A stretch of 64,000 bases of DNA, taken from the NCBI GenBank assembly GCA_038087875.1, contig CM075980.1:65410001-65474000 (forward strand), given 5' to 3'. Positions 1 to 13,915 of the stretch are shown piece after piece. The position numbers were made by a program, and so were the translations under genes. The first letter of the stretch is position 1. Each line of letters begins with the position of its first letter. The notes under the pieces were generated by a model, which saw only the letters and a list, made by a program, of their open reading frames with translations, had not been told where the DNA came from and did no database searches. The DNA is from Malacoraja senta (taxonomy: Eukaryota).

Positions 1-344
1 TTATCATCATGATTAAATAAATGTATATTTCAATAATAAACACATTTAAATAATAAACTTCTCATGAGTAGTTTCTCTTTTTGATAGCAGAACAGAAATC
101 AGTGAATTAGATTCAAAAGACACATCATAATTTTTTTCCATGCCCTTGCTTGGACATTTTTGTCCTCCAGGAATTGTCAAACCGAAACTAATCAGCTTCA
201 CTCTACCTCAGCATAAAAATCAAAGATTTTTCAGCTATGTAAGATCCAGGACGACACCTGCTTATTGACCTAATGGATGCAAACAATTCCTTGTAGGATA
301 AACATTATCAAAAGTTTGTATTCAACTGATAAATGAATACTGAC

Positions 345-538
345 TTCATATAGTTGCCAATATCCAATTCGTTGAGTTCTAAGAATTTCTCATATTCCTT
401 GGCATAGCTTCTCAGTGGTATCAGTGCTTTTTCCATCGCATTTTTTATTGTATTCTGTAATTCTTGCACGGGTGGCTCATTGTGCCACACAGACTCCAGT
501 AATGGTGTTCCACTTTGAAACATCTCCTCAAGGACAAA
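345..538 (-). CDS. DNAH1: DNAH1 coding exon (FVLEEMFQSGTPLLESV...ALIPLRSYAKEYEKFLELN...); the gene continues beyond the window start
   Basis: TATCCAG acceptor and AA|GTCAGT donor; conserved PLLESV..HEP and IPL..YAKEY. Confidence 0.95.
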
Positions 539-627
539 CTGGATAACATAAATTTGAAATATCATCAGGGAGACAGAAAGGATGAACAAGTCAATGCTAT
601 AATAGAATATACTTTACGTTTCACAAG

Positions 628-3426
628 TGTTTGTGAATGATCCACGACAACATACATGGTGAAACATTAGTCTTTATTCCATAAGTCATACAGAACATTC
701 AAACTGCCAGCCATGCATGCCCAGCTCGGCGTGGCTTGTGAGAGCTGGCTGTCCTTGTTAGTGTAGTACCGTAATACCATGTAATGGGTGGCATGCATAT
801 ATGTGTAGTGGAGATTATAAATGGCATGGATTAATAAGAGTTAATCTACATCCTTCCTCTGAAAGAAGCAAAGCATATATAGAGTGGTTAGTGGAGTATA
901 TATTGTAAAACACCGGTATAATGTTTGTGCATTTCTTATTTTACTTGTACATGCTTGTGCATATATGAGCACATAAAACGAAACGGGTCATGCACAGTTC
1001 AAGTATAGCCGGTGAACTTTCCAATCAGTGGGTTTAGCTTGCAGACACGACCTGCACGTGTACGGTAGTACCCCTCGTGCGCCTCATCCTTCTCTGAGGA
1101 AGCAAGTCCCTTACGCGGAGGCGGAGGAGAAGACACCGGTGGAGATGGGGGCACTGGGGAAGGCAGGGATGGCGCTGGCACCGGTAGAGGACTCGCTGGA
1201 GTAGCATTCGTGGAGCGTGAGGGAAAACCGACGGGATGGTCAGGGTAAGGACGGGAAGGTGCCGTTCATTAACCGGGAGGAGGTGTTGGCGGGTGCATCG
1301 GTAGATGCCGTTGTCAACACTGACCAGGTATGAGCGTGGCTCCGTTGTTGACCCCAGAATAATACCGAGGCGGTCATAGCATCTGAGCGACTGTAAGCGG
1401 ACAACCTGTCCCTTGTTGAGCGGTTGAAGCGGAGAGCTGGTTTTATCATAGTATTTTCTTTGTATGTCGCGGCGGTGTTGGAGCTGGGATTGGATCGCCG
1501 ACGGTGCACAAACTTGTGGTTCTAGCAGTTGCTTGGCCATAGGCAGGGTGGAGTGGGTTCGCCGTAACATGAGACGTTCGGCCGAAGATCCCAGGAGGAG
1601 GCGTCGTTGACAGGGGCTATCACGCCCAGTGTTTCCATTCTGTCTAGTTCAGTTTTGACGCGGTCCTTCATTGCGTGCGGGTTTCGGTGTGGAGAGTGAA
1701 CAACAGGTGTAACCTCCTTGTCGATTACAATACTGTATTCTGTGGGAAGCCTGCCCAGCTGGTTGTTAAAAAGGTATTTGTATTGTGCGAGTAGTTGTTG
1801 GGTGGGACTTTGAGGGGTAGATAGTTGGTACACAGTTTTGCCGAAGGTGACTAGGCCCATATCATGGCATGCATCGATGCCCAGAAGGAGGGGCACTTCC
1901 CTCTAATGATAAAAAAAATCCAGTTTGTAAACTTGAGACACTAGATGGCATTGTCGTGTGACTTTACCAACCGGTTGCAATTCCCCTCCCACCAAATGGA
2001 TGTAACTTGGAGTTTGTTTTCATGACAGTTTCATTGTTGTGAATTCTTTGGAAGTCCGATAAGGATAGAACGTTGCACTGTGCCCCAGTATCTATCTTTG
2101 TAGCGACTTTGGTATTGCTGATACTGAGTGTTGTCATTGGATCACTGTTTTTAGACGGTGAATCGGGTATACATGAATGTATGTTTTGGCTGTCTTCTTG
2201 CTGGTGTTGCGGTTGTGGCTCTGCTGGTGCTGCTATTTCAGTCAGTGCCTCGTGCGAAAGTGTGGGCTCGAGCGCATAGAGAGATTGTTGTGAGTGGGCT
2301 CTGTTACCAGGAGCGCGGCAATACCGAATAAAGTGTTTTTTTCTTTTTACAGTAGTGGCAGGTTTTGCCGTAAGCGAGGCATTGCTCATGAAATTTTGGG
2401 TATGAGCTGCCGCAATTACCACAGCTATGGACCAGTGGGTCGGTTACCCTCCCTGTGGTTGTAGGTGGTTGTCGAGAGGTTGTTAATGGTTGTAACGGGG
2501 ACCTATAGAAGGCATGGACATCGTAAACAGAGTGGGGTCCCAGTCCCAGGTATTGGGTATGGGTGTCAGTGAACTCTGCAACCAGGCAGGCACGTTCAGC
2601 CTTGGCCAGTGTGAGCTCCTCATCCCGGAGTAGTTCATTTCTCACCTTGTCATTCAGGATGCCATATACGAGTCTACCGCGGATGAGTACGTCGCGGTCC
2701 TGGAAGTGGCATCTTGCAGCGATGCTCTTCAGGGCACCGATGTAGGATTCGACCATCTCGCCCTCGTGTTGGCTACGGGAAAATAATTTGTGGTGCTCCA
2801 TGATAACGTTAGTGCGAAGTTGGCACAGGTCACGGAACTTTCGGAGGAGGCAGGTGGGGTCCCTGATAGACTCTGCCGGGGTCACAACCTGGGTTACCGC
2901 ATCGGTATGTTCTGGGGTGTAATAGAAATCCTGTGCCCGCAGGGCAGCCTCTGTGCCCACTACGTTGAGGAGAATTGATGTAACGGTGTGGGGAGCAGCG
3001 CCCGGGTGGGCAGCATCAATGAAAATTCCGAATTCCACCTCGAAGATGCGCCAACGTTCGGCAAGTTCACTGTCGAATATCAGAGGATCAGGTTTACGAA
3101 TCGATCCGGCCATGACAACAGAGCGATGGTCTGTTGTAAAAAAATTAACTAAAATAAATTCAGGCAAAAGAGTTGGAGACGTGGCCCAAGGATTCTGACA
3201 CCATGTTTGTGAATGATCCGCGACAACATACATGGTGAAACATTAGTCTTTATTCCACAAGTCATATAGAACATTCAAACTGCCAGCCATGCATTCCCAG
3301 CTCGGCGTGGCTTGTGAGAGCTGGCTGTCCTTGTTAGTGTAGTACCATAATAGCATGTAATGGGTGGCAGGCATATATGCGTAGTGGAGATTATAAATGG
3401 CATGGATTAATAAGGGTTAATCTACA
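628..3426 (-). mobile_element. Internally deleted Gypsy (Mag-like) LTR retrotransposon
   Basis: TG..CA LTRs at 628-850 and 3204-3426 (9 mismatches in 223 nt by eye); 5-bp TSD ACAAG; PBS TGGTGTCAGAA (tRNA-Leu-like); PPT GAGGAAGGA; gag with CCHC, protease KIDTGAQCN, RT start fused to the integrase C-terminus. Confidence 0.95.
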
Positions 3427-4014
3427 ACAAGGCTTCAACTGTGGGAACCTAAGGTTACCCAAGGTGTCGACTACACACAAGTGATATGTTTGGAGCCTGC
3501 AAACAAGACTCACATAGAAACTATGAGAAAGATATATAAATACATGGGAAATGGAAGGTTCTGATGGTAGGGTGATCTGTTGTAGGGGGAAGTTCAAAAC
3601 ACCATAAACACCAGAAGAGACAAGTTTGGTTGAATGGCCTGTCCGCATGTGGTAAAATTCATTCCAAGACACATCATGGTTAATTAAAGTTTCTCCATGT
3701 AATGCTGGTGCTGGCTTGAGCAATACGTCAGGCTCTCATCACCCATCTGTAAATTTCCCTTGGAGTTGCACACTGTTTACATAGCAATACATCGCTAATC
3801 CTTCATCGTCACTGTATCTAGATCCTGAAACTCATTCCCAGTAGTCAAATAAGATGGCTCATCACCATCATCTCATGGGCAATTAGGAATGGATAACAAA
3901 CACTAGCCTTGCCAGTGATGTCCCATCCTGAAAAATTGATATTTTTTAAAATCTAGCATTAATTAAATAATAATACAAAAATGAAAAAGATAAATGATAA
4001 GGAATATCCAGATT

Positions 4015-5349
4015 CCTTATGGGCCCCAGCTATGCCTGCCCTTTGTAGGGTACGTCGAACAATCCTTGTTCGTGGCGTACCGTGGTCCTATCCCTGAACT
4101 CTACCTCCGCTACATCGACGACTGCATTGGTGCTACCTCCTGCACCCATACACAACTCACTAACTTCATCCATTTCACCACTAACTTCCATCCGGCACCT
4201 GGATCATTTCCGACATCTCCCTACCGTTTCTAGACCTCACTATCTCCATCGCAGGTAACAAACTACTGACCGACATCTACTGTAAACCCACTGACTCCCA
4301 TGGCTATCTGGATTACACTTCTTCCCACCCTGCTTCTTGTAAGGACTCTATCCCCTACTCCCAATTCCCCCGTCTATGCCGCATCTGCACCCAGGATGAG
4401 GTGTTCCAAACCAGGGCATTGGAGATGTCCTCATTCTTTAGGGAACAGGGGTTCCCCTCTACAACTATAGATGAGGTTCCCACCAGGGTCTCTTCTATAC
4501 CCTGCAACTCTGCTCTCACTTCCCTTCCTCCCACTCGTAACAAGGGCAGAGTCCCCCTTGTCCTCACCTTTCACCCTCCAAGCCATCACATATAACAAAT
4601 AATCCTCCGACATTTTCGCCACCTCCAACGGGAGCCACATCTTCCCATCTCCTCCCCTTTCGGCTTTCCGCAGAGACCACTCCCTCCATAACTCCCTGGT
4701 CAATTTGCCCCTTCCCACCCAAACCACCCCCTCCCCTGGTGCTTTCCCTTGCAACCGCAGGAAATGTTACACTTGTCGCTTTACCTCCCCCCTTGACTCC
4801 ATCCAAGGACCTAAGCAGTCTTTCCAGGTGCGGCAGAGGTTCACCTGCACCTCCTCCAACCTCATCTATTGCATCCGCTGCTCTAGGTGTCAGCTGCTCT
4901 ACATCGGTGAGACCAAGCGTAGGCTTGGCGATCGCTTCTCCCAACACCTTCGCTCAGTTCGCAATAACCAACCTGATCTCCCGGTGGCTCAGCACTTCAA
5001 CTTCCCCTCCCATTCTGAATCCGACCTTTCTGTCTTGGGCCTCCTCCATGGCCAGAGTGAGTCCCACCGTAAATTGGAGGAGCAGCACCTCATATTTTGC
5101 TTGGGTAGTTTACACCCCAGCGGTATGAACATTGACTTCTCCAATTTCAGGTAGTCCTTGCTTTCTCCCTCCTTCCCCTCCCCTTCCCAGCTCTCCCACA
5201 CCCCACTGTCTCCGCCTCTTCCTTTCTTCTTCCCGGTCCCACCACCCCCACATCAGTCTGAAGAAGGGTCTCGACCCGAAACGTCACCTTTTCCTTCGCT
5301 CCATAGATGCTGCCTCACCCACTGAGTTTCTTCAGCATTTTTATCTACC
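4015..5349 (+). mobile_element. 5'-truncated Penelope-like element (RT C-terminus, GIY-YIG endonuclease, pLTR with hammerhead core)
   Basis: YLRYIDD RT motif; NLIYCIRC..C...YIGET GIY-YIG motif in ORF 4705-5154; TSD TCCAGATT (4007-4014 and 5350-5357). Confidence 0.92.
5254..5290 (+). ncRNA. Minimal type I hammerhead ribozyme in the PLE pLTR
   Basis: CTGAAGA-(A)GGGTC TC GACCC-GAAA-CG-TC: catalytic core, stem II and palindromic ACGT stem III, as established for PLE minimal hammerheads. Confidence 0.75.
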
Positions 5350-5591
5350 TCCAGATTTTTTAGATGCTTTTCCAATTTGACAACACTCTCGTCCATCTTC
5401 CATGTAAAAAAAACCCAGATGTGTTAAGCTCGGCTAACAATGGCTAATGGTACATGATATTCCAGGTCATAACACTTCAGTGCATACAGTGTTTACAGTA
5501 TAGTGATCAATTTGACAAATTAAAGATCAATATTCAATTTCGATTCCAATCATTATTAGGAAATTATTAGGAAAAATCACCATTATATTAC

Positions 5592-5742
5592 CTTTTCTAT
5601 GTGAGGAACATGCTGTGTTGCTGTGATTGCTTTATCAAACAGAGTCAATGTGACAGCTTTAAATCTTTCCAATGGTGTGCTGAATTGCACCCTGCCATTT
5701 TCCAGGCTAAGGTCCAGAACAAAAATAGGCATCTTTCTGGGC
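5592..5742 (-). CDS. DNAH1: DNAH1 coding exon (PRKMPIFVLDL...FSTPLERF...LFDKAITATQHVPHIEK)
   Basis: TATTTCAG acceptor and AAG|GTAATA donor. Confidence 0.95.
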
Positions 5743-6032
5743 CTGAAATATACAAGAACATTCTTAAAGATAAGACGATTAACAAACCAAATCCTAACAG
5801 TTTTGTGAATAGCTACAAGCATTGCCAGATCACTCCACTCCACAACTCTCCTCAGGCCTGGCATCTGGTTGAGATTAAAACCACTCACATTTTACCCTGC
5901 CCCTCAAAGTGTAGAAATAATAAAAGATAGAGAGAAGTAGCATAAAATACACATTTTAAAGATGTAGTTGATAGGAAATATCTTGTGGGGCTCTGGAATA
6001 AGCTTACATACAATCTATCTTGGGAATCTTAC

Positions 6033-6331
6033 TTGAAATTGCTGTTAATGAGGTCTCCACCCCATTTCATATCCTCCGAACAATTGAGGGAACTGTAGCA
6101 GCCATCAATGATCATTTGAGTGTAGTTAACAAGAGAATCTTGCACAAGGTATCGGAGAGAATCCTGAAGGTTATACTTGATCATTTCCATCAGCATATGC
6201 AGCTTAGACTTGCGATAAACCTCCCAGTTAGACTCCCGTAGGTTAAACCAACCTTTCCGAACATCCCATAGGCTGCTACGTAGAACTTTCTTCAATGTGT
6301 TGATCCAGCTGTCACTAAGAAATAGTTGTAT
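6033..6331 (-). CDS. DNAH1: DNAH1 coding exon (IQLFLSDSWINTLKK...KGWFNLRESNWEVY...DLINSNF)
   Basis: TTTCAG acceptor and AA|GTAAGA donor; conserved NWEVY..SKL and LVQDSL. Confidence 0.95.
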
Positions 6332-7746
6332 CTGAAATCCGATTTGAACAATTATGTTATATAGCTAAAAATGGGCACTAAATTAAGGGTTTTGTAGTAG
6401 CCTACCCCAGTGTTTAGCAAATTCACCAGCTTGCAATTTGTTAACTCCTTCTTGTCTGAGGTGTCAAGCACAGTAGACAAGCAATACATGAGAAAACTTC
6501 CATAGGCTTCTAATTGACGATTACCCTTTAGCTCTATGGTCAAATAATAATCAAATATAACAATATCAGGCATATTGCATGTCAACCATTCTGTAATTTT
6601 AAGTGGGAATTCCAGTTCAGAAATAAACAATTCCAGCCAATGATCTATGTCAACGTATTTATGTTCTGTATATGATTTCATATCATATACTTGTCTCTGA
6701 CAAAAAGACTTTGTGACAGTCAGTGAGTGGTCAAAGTTTATCAGCATGTTCTCAGGACTAGGACATTAGAACATGTCTCCTGAAGCATGCTTTTTGGCTT
6801 GGAGCCCTCTCATTACTCAGCAAATTGGGGTTGTGATGGGTCAACTGAGCCAGAGCTCAAAATCAAAAAGCAGTACAGGGGTCTCAGGCAGCATGTTCAG
6901 TGAATTAAAAATTTCAAAAACTGCAGATGCTGGAATCCAGTGTTAAAAACACTCAGAAGGTCAGCTGGTTTATTTTCCAATTCTGTCAAAGGGTCTTGAA
7001 CCTGAAATTTAACAGTTTTGTTTTTATATGTGGTAACCAATTTTGTTTTTATATGTAGACAAAAATGCTGGAGAAACTCAGCGGGTGAGGCAGCATCTAT
7101 GGAGCGAAGGAAATAGGCAACGTTTCGGGTCGAGGTCAGGTTTAAGATAATTTTGCAGATGAGGTTTTCCACAAAAACAGCACGAACCCCTGCCTTGTGC
7201 CACTTTAAGTTATCGTTCAAGGGCCTGTAGAAATTCTCACCACAAAAGCCCATTATCCATATTATGATGTAACCAAGATTAGGTACACATTTAGCTTATT
7301 TTTATTTCTCTTCCTATAGAAATAAATAGGGCCTTATTGATCTGCAACAATACTTTCAGTAATGTTATGATTTGTGCAGAATTTTTCTCCTATATATTTT
7401 AATTGATTTCCACTTTCTTGCCATTCAGCAATTCATCCTCTTACATCTAGCCAGTGGACTTCCACATTACTAGAGTACAGCTCAATGTTGTTCTTGACCC
7501 TAACAGTTACTTTTCTGAGGAGGGGTCCTTGACCTGAAATGCTAACCAGTCCATCTTTCTGCAGAGGCTGTTTGATTGGCTGAGCTCTTTGTGTGATTTT
7601 GTTTTTGAATTTAACATGCATTTTTATTTAATTTTCATTTCTATCCACCTTTCAAAAATCTAACATCTAGAACGTTTTAATGCATAATCATCAATTGATT
7701 TGTTTCAAAAAGTAACAAAAGGAAAGAGTGCAACCTAAACCAATAC

Positions 7747-7958
7747 CTGTGCATGTGCCTGGGACTGAATCTGTTCGAATTCTTCTAATCTAACACTTTT
7801 TATGAATGTTACAAAAAAAAGAGACATGGCTGCCACTTTATTGCACTCAGCACGCACTTTACACAAGGCTAATATCACTTCTGGTTTTGTCAACAGGGTG
7901 TTAAAAAAAAAAGCTTTTTTCTTTTGATGAAATGGATAGTCTGGGATTTGAACAAGCC
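7747..7958 (-). CDS. DNAH1: DNAH1 coding exon (LVQIPDYPF...LLTKPEVILALCKVRAECNKV...LEEFEQIQSQAHAQ)
   Basis: CCCCAG acceptor and CAG|GTATTG donor; conserved KVRAECNKV and LEEFEQIQSQ. Confidence 0.95.
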
Positions 7959-9322
7959 CTGGGGAGAGAGAAAAAAACATTGTTATTAGTTTCAACACAG
8001 AAGGCCACAAACTCAGGATTTACTAACAATCCAAAAAAATATCCAGAAATAGGTTGCATGAATAGACAGTGAGCCTCCTCAGCAGAGTTCAAAACAAATA
8101 CTTAAAATCTTAGAAAGAAAAATCATTGTGAAGCTAAAACCAGAGACCCTGAAAATCTGAGATCTCAGCAGGTCAGGCTGCACATTACGAGAGAAACAAA
8201 GTTAATGCTTCAAATGGATGGTCTTTCATCAGAACCAGAATTTTTTTTTTGTCAAAGAGTGGAAATCACTTCATTATGGTCGATGTTAGAGCTACTGGGT
8301 CATTGGGACAGGTCACTTAATTTTCTTAGGGACTGCAATGATGGAGGTTTCCTTGGAACAGTAGACTGTTGAAGAGGTTGAAGTTGTCAATGAAAACTGT
8401 GGCCAGTTGATTGGCACTGTGGCCAATTCCAACAGTGTCTAATAATAATAATCTCAGGGTTATCCCATGAGTCTCGTGTCAATTAGCATAGGAGTAGCAG
8501 ATTGGGAAAATAACATTTGGCTGAAGGGCTGATATCGGGGAGGGGGTAAGGGGGAGTAAGGCATGAGACACTGGCACCAGTTTGTGACACAAAGAAGCTT
8601 GACCAGTGAGACAAGCTGAACCAGAACCATTTTCTGGCAGACTGAGTAAATGGGAACTAATAAGAAAGCGGGAGGGATCTACAAAAAAAACCACTCAAAT
8701 ATTTTTTTTAACTGAAAAAAGAGCATTGGGAAAATTAATGTAAGAAAGGATACACAGAGCAAGATTTACAATAATTATCCAGAAGTACAGTTATACATAT
8801 CAAGAAGGGACGTTGACTGGATATCTTTACTCTTGAGAAAAGGTGGCTGAGGATTGACTTAATAGTTCTTTAAAGTTATGAAGGGTTTTAATAGCGTAAT
8901 CTAGAGAGGAGGTACAAAAAACTGCAAGCTCTTCCAGCATCAATGTATTCCCTTTATGAGGTTACCTTTAAGCAGTCCTTGTTAGGTTTAACTAGAACTC
9001 TGCATTCACAATATTGTATTTCTGCTGGAGCTTCAAGTAATCAACAAAACTGTTATGCTTGCTGAACAATTAACGTTGAAATGAACAGTCAGCAAGGTAC
9101 ACAGTACCTGTATTGTAGTTAAGGAGTGCAAGTGGGTCATTCATTACAATCCCTGCAACTGGTTTTAAAATCTCCTCAGAGCTGAAATGTCTCCCAACTG
9201 GCAGGCACCAGCTAAACTGTTACTATTTCTCTCTCCACACATCCTATCTGACCTTCTGTAAATAATTTGAAAATAAATAAATTGAAAAAAAAGTAGTTTA
9301 ATCAATGAAGAAAAATATTTAC

Positions 9323-9480
9323 CTTTGCTTGGCACTTTAATTTTCTTTTTTTCTGGGAGAGTGACATAAGAAAACTGTTTGGGATCAGACAACACAATGT
9401 TGTCAAAAGTAATTTTATTCACAGTGCGATTATAATCTAGATGAACTTCCTGTTCTATCCTTTTAAAATATTCTGGCAAT
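9323..9480 (-). CDS. DNAH1: DNAH1 coding exon (LPEYFKRIEQEVHLDYNRTVNKITFD...FSYVTLP...)
   Basis: TTTGTAG acceptor and G|GTAAAT donor; phases consistent. Confidence 0.93.
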
Positions 9481-10169
9481 CTACAAAAATAGAAAATCAG
9501 TCATTAAAATATATCACAGAAATTTGTATTTAAGTTTTTTAAATATTTTATTCTACATTAGAGTATGAACACATCATGGTCATATCATTAAAATGGTAAT
9601 CCAATAGTATAAGGCTACTTCAGATGTTTTGAGAAAAATTAGTGCTTAAGTAATCATTTATCTTAATTAATATCTGAAATGTCTGATCAGGTTGAAATCT
9701 CTTCCATAAGGATTCTGATGGCTGAAATGATTTGATAGATTTTTTAAAAATAAAGATGTAGATAGGGTGTAAGTTAAAAAAATGTTCTGCTTGGAGGCTA
9801 AAAATTAATGGTAGTTATTAATAAATCCAATGGGGAATAAGGAGAAAGATATGAAAACTGTGTGCTGACCATGGAGTAATTTGGACAAAAAAAACAGCTG
9901 TATTGGAAGCTTCATGGGAAGCTAGATGAGTGGATAATGAAAAATCAATGTAAGTGTAGATAAGATCTGATAGAAGATGGATAACCTTTAGCATAAACAT
10001 TGGCTTTTACCAATTAGAATAAAGAGTCTGGTTCTGATTCTAAATAACATGTAATTCCGTTTGAATTTTTAAGGTACTATGTTACATGCTTTGCTTCCTA
10101 CATAGTGACTCAATTTCAAAAGTTGGTTATTCACATGAAACAATTTGTGATGACTTGAGAAACAACAGA

Positions 10170-11435
10170 ACTTGTCCATAAGTTGAAGTCCTAAATTGGA
10201 GTAAGGCCAATTATGATGGTATTAGAGAGGAACTCTCAAAAGTTGATTGTGGGTGGGTGTTTACAGGTAATGAGATGTCAGGCAAGTGAGAGACTTTTAA
10301 ACATGATACAGAGAATTCAGGGTCGGCATCATCCTGTTATGAGAAAGAAAGTTTGGCAAGAGTAGAAAACCCTGGACGACAAGACATTGGGGTTCTGGGC
10401 AAGAAATAAAATTGTCTTGAAAGTAAGAGAGAGGGTGATGATAGTGGTATGTTTTGCAGACTGGAGGCCTATAACAAGCAGTGGTAATGTTGTGATAAGT
10501 GGTATTAATAACTTGTTTGAGAATGTAGGTGGCATAATTAATAAGGATGAAACTAAAATTGGTAGTATAGTGGACAGTGGTTATCTAAGATTTCAATGAG
10601 TGCCTAATCACATGAGCCAATAGGGCTGATGAAACTGTAATCAGGCAAATTTAAGGTGTTGCCTTTTAGTACGACAGATAAGGGCAGGACATACACAATA
10701 AATGGTAAGCACTGGGGGAGTATTGCAGAACAGAGATAGCTCAGGGTGCAGGCATATAGTTCCATGAAAATGACAACATAGCTAAACAGGGTGATTAAGA
10801 AAGCGTTTGGCATGTTTGCATTCATTGATCGTGCTACTGAGTCTAGGAGTTAAGACGCCATACTACAGTTGCACAAGACATTGATAATGCCATAATTGGA
10901 ATACTCTGTACAGTTCTGGTGGCCTTGCCATTACACTGGAAAAGGTGCAGAAAAGATTTATGTGGAAGTAACCAGGTCTGGAGTGGTTTGAGATATATGG
11001 AAAGACTGGATAGGCTAGGATTTTTGTCCCAGGAGCAGAGGCTGAGAGGTGACCTTATAGAGGTTGTAAAAACCTATGAAACCACAAAGGGCAGAGATAA
11101 GATGGTTAGCCACAATTTTTTCTCCACGGTAGAGGAGTCTAAAACTAGAGGGTATAGGTTTATTGTGAGGGGGGAAAATATGTAAAAGGGACTTGAGGAG
11201 CAACATTTTCACACAAAGAATGGTACCTATCTGGACCAGGCAGCAAGAGGAAGTGGTAGGGGCAGGTACAGTTACAACATTTAAAAAGCACTTGGACAGG
11301 TTCATGGATACTTAGGATTTGAAGGAATATGGGCCAGGCATTAGCAACTGCAACTATCTTGGCTGAGCAATTCAATAGGCACAGACATGTTGGGCCAAAG
11401 GGTCTGTTTCCATGCTGTATACCTCTGTGACTCTA
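10170..11435 (+). mobile_element. Degraded CR1 LINE 3' portion
   Basis: RT-end peptides (RLRGDLIEV, SKTRG) and a CR1-type 3' tail. Confidence 0.8.
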
Positions 11436-11578
11436 TAAAAAATATAATATAAAAGCAGGTATGTTTTAAATTATACTTGTGAAAATTGATGTGATGAAAG
11501 TTTCCTTTTCAATTTAACTATGTGAATTGAACATGGGGAGTCTTAATGCAGTTCGTAGGGGTCAAGCTATATACATAC

Positions 11579-11831
11579 GCATATTTGTCTCGGAACCCAG
11601 GTGTGCTGAAAGCCCACTTCTTCATTTTTTTAAGACTTTTTTTATCTAGAAACCTAAGCCCATCAACTGGCATGCAGTCAATATACAGATTGTAGAGCAG
11701 CAATGCTTCTGTCTTCTGGCGTAGGTAATGGGCGTGTGCTACTCGCTTTGAAAAGGCAACTGGGTCCTCTGCGCTAAACATCAGCTGGACCCTTGGTATC
11801 CAAAACTGATTAGGCAACTCCAATCTCTCAC
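11579..11831 (-). CDS. DNAH1: DNAH1 coding exon (QFWIPRVQLMFSAEDP...TEALLLYNLYIDCMP...)
   Basis: TTATAG acceptor and GC|GTATGT donor; conserved TEALLLYNLY.DCMP. Confidence 0.95.
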
Positions 11832-12039
11832 CTATAAGAAAAATTATAATATGCTCAATAAGTAAGGAAGAAAAATCATTTTCATAAAATTCAACTCCTC
11901 CATCAAATGCTGAGAATATATAGACCTTGAACAGATGTGAGCTGTGGTTCCATGGAAGCAACCTTAACTGAGTGTGAGTAGTAATTCCATTACTACTACA
12001 GAGATTTGAATACAAATTCTAGGCTGATGTTTCAGTGCT

Positions 12040-12300
12040 GTTCAGTGGCTCCTTTTTTTTTAAACATTTCTTTCAAATGAAACATGAAGCTAAGGCCCTG
12101 TCTGTCCTTCCAGATGAATAGAAAATATCTCAAGGTACAAAGAAGCAGGAGTTATGACTTGTATATATCTCTCAGTGTCCTGACTTGTATATATCTCTCA
12201 ACCAACCTTAGAACCAAACAGATTATCTCCACTGCTGAAAGTGGAATATGACTGTGCATGAACTTGCTACCATGTTTCTGACATTATAATAGTAACTACG
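12040..12300 (+). mobile_element. Ancient DeuSINE-like fragment
   Basis: Resembles the Deu core (GTGTCCTG..ATATATCTCTCAACCAAC..AAACAGATTAT..GCTG..GTGG..TGTGCA); recognised from memory only. Confidence 0.5.
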
Positions 12301-13139
12301 TTGAGTTCCTACATTCTTGCAGCAGAGATTTGGGGACAGACTAGCTGGGACCAGTGATGCATCATCTTTTTAAAAGAGTACTCCTTCTGGCTTTCCCCTT
12401 TGAGCCTGGAATTAATAAATCCGGTTATATATTTGTCATTCTCGCAAAGAGCTCTTCTGTGGTAATGTGGTAAACACTGATATGACTAATTCATTTAAGT
12501 AATAACTAGATTAATTTCTAAATGGACCAGAAATCACATTGTGTATGAATATTTATTGGTTCATATAAATCAATCTGGAAAAGTCTCTTGGACATTGGTT
12601 GATTGTTGGGAGTTATCAGAAAGAAACCGTGCAGATCTTTTTGCTGCTAATTGGTCAGTTTCTTTTCTTCACAGAACATTACATGGCAAAATAGTGTTCA
12701 TGATACTTTACAGTCAAGAGAAATAAGTTCATATTCTCCCACAGCATCTGGAGAATTTAATTTCAGTTGAGTAAAGAAATTTGAAATTAAACTAAAACTA
12801 ATATCAATAATTCTGACCATAAAATTGCCATAATCATCATGAAAAAACAAGATATTTAGGGACTTAAATCCTTACCTACTCTGACCAAAGTGAACTCCAC
12901 AGCCACAGTAATATGGTTGTATCTTAACTGCGATGCAACTGCTTAACTGTGATGGCTAAGCAAGTCATTTGGTTCACAGGGAATTAGGAATGCACATGAC
13001 AGCACATCCTATGAATGAATGAATATAAAACCTTTGGGTAATGTGGCAAATTAATTTGGGCATGCGCATGTATTGTCACATTTTCATAACGTACCAATTT
13101 GCTTTCTTCAGGGTTATTGCTTTGCATTGACCAAGTGTT

Positions 13140-13915
13140 ACGGAAGCGCAAAAAGCTTGGACAGGGCAGAATTTGTTAGGCGTATCCAAGAGGGTTTTCT
13201 GAAACAATATGCAGACAGTGGATGTGGTATGTGGAGATATACTGGGATAGTGGAGATATGCTGACGAGTACTAGGAGACAAGCCTGACCAGGTGACTGAT
13301 GTTTCAGTGGAGGAGTATTTTGAAGACAGTGATCACAACTCCATAAATGAAACTTATGAATAAGGCTAAGTGGACCCTGGGAAAAAATTACAGCATTGTT
13401 AGGCAGAAATTAGGGAGAGTACATTAGGAGCAGTTGTTATTAGGTAAGTTCACATCTGATGTGGGGAAGCCATATTAAGGCCATCTGATCAGAGTACATG
13501 GCTGGCATGTTCCTGTGAGGAAGAGGGATAAGGATGGAAAGGTAAGGGAACCTCAGATCACCAAAGAGGTTGTACACTTTGTCAAAAAGTAAAAGGAAGC
13601 ATATGTAGGTTTCAGAAAGATGAAATCAGACAAGTCTTGAAGCAGGCAAGAATGAACTCAAGTAGGCAATTAGACGGGCCAAAAGGGGCCATGAAATGTC
13701 ATTGGCGAGTCGGTTAAAGAAAATCCCAAGGCTTTTTATGAATAAATCAAAACACAAGGGTAACCACAGAGAAGATAGACATTCTTACGGATATATGAGG
13801 GAATTTGTGCTTGGAGTCAGGGGATGAAGGTGAGGTATTAAATTAGTACTTTGTGTTTGTTTTCACCAAGGAGAAGGATATGGGGAACATATGCAGAGAA
13901 TACTAATGTGCAAGA
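13140..13915 (+). mobile_element. Degraded CR1 ORF2 (endonuclease/linker) fragment
   Basis: Remnants of GAEFVR.IQEGFLKQY, SDHNSI and KENPKAFY. Confidence 0.7.
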
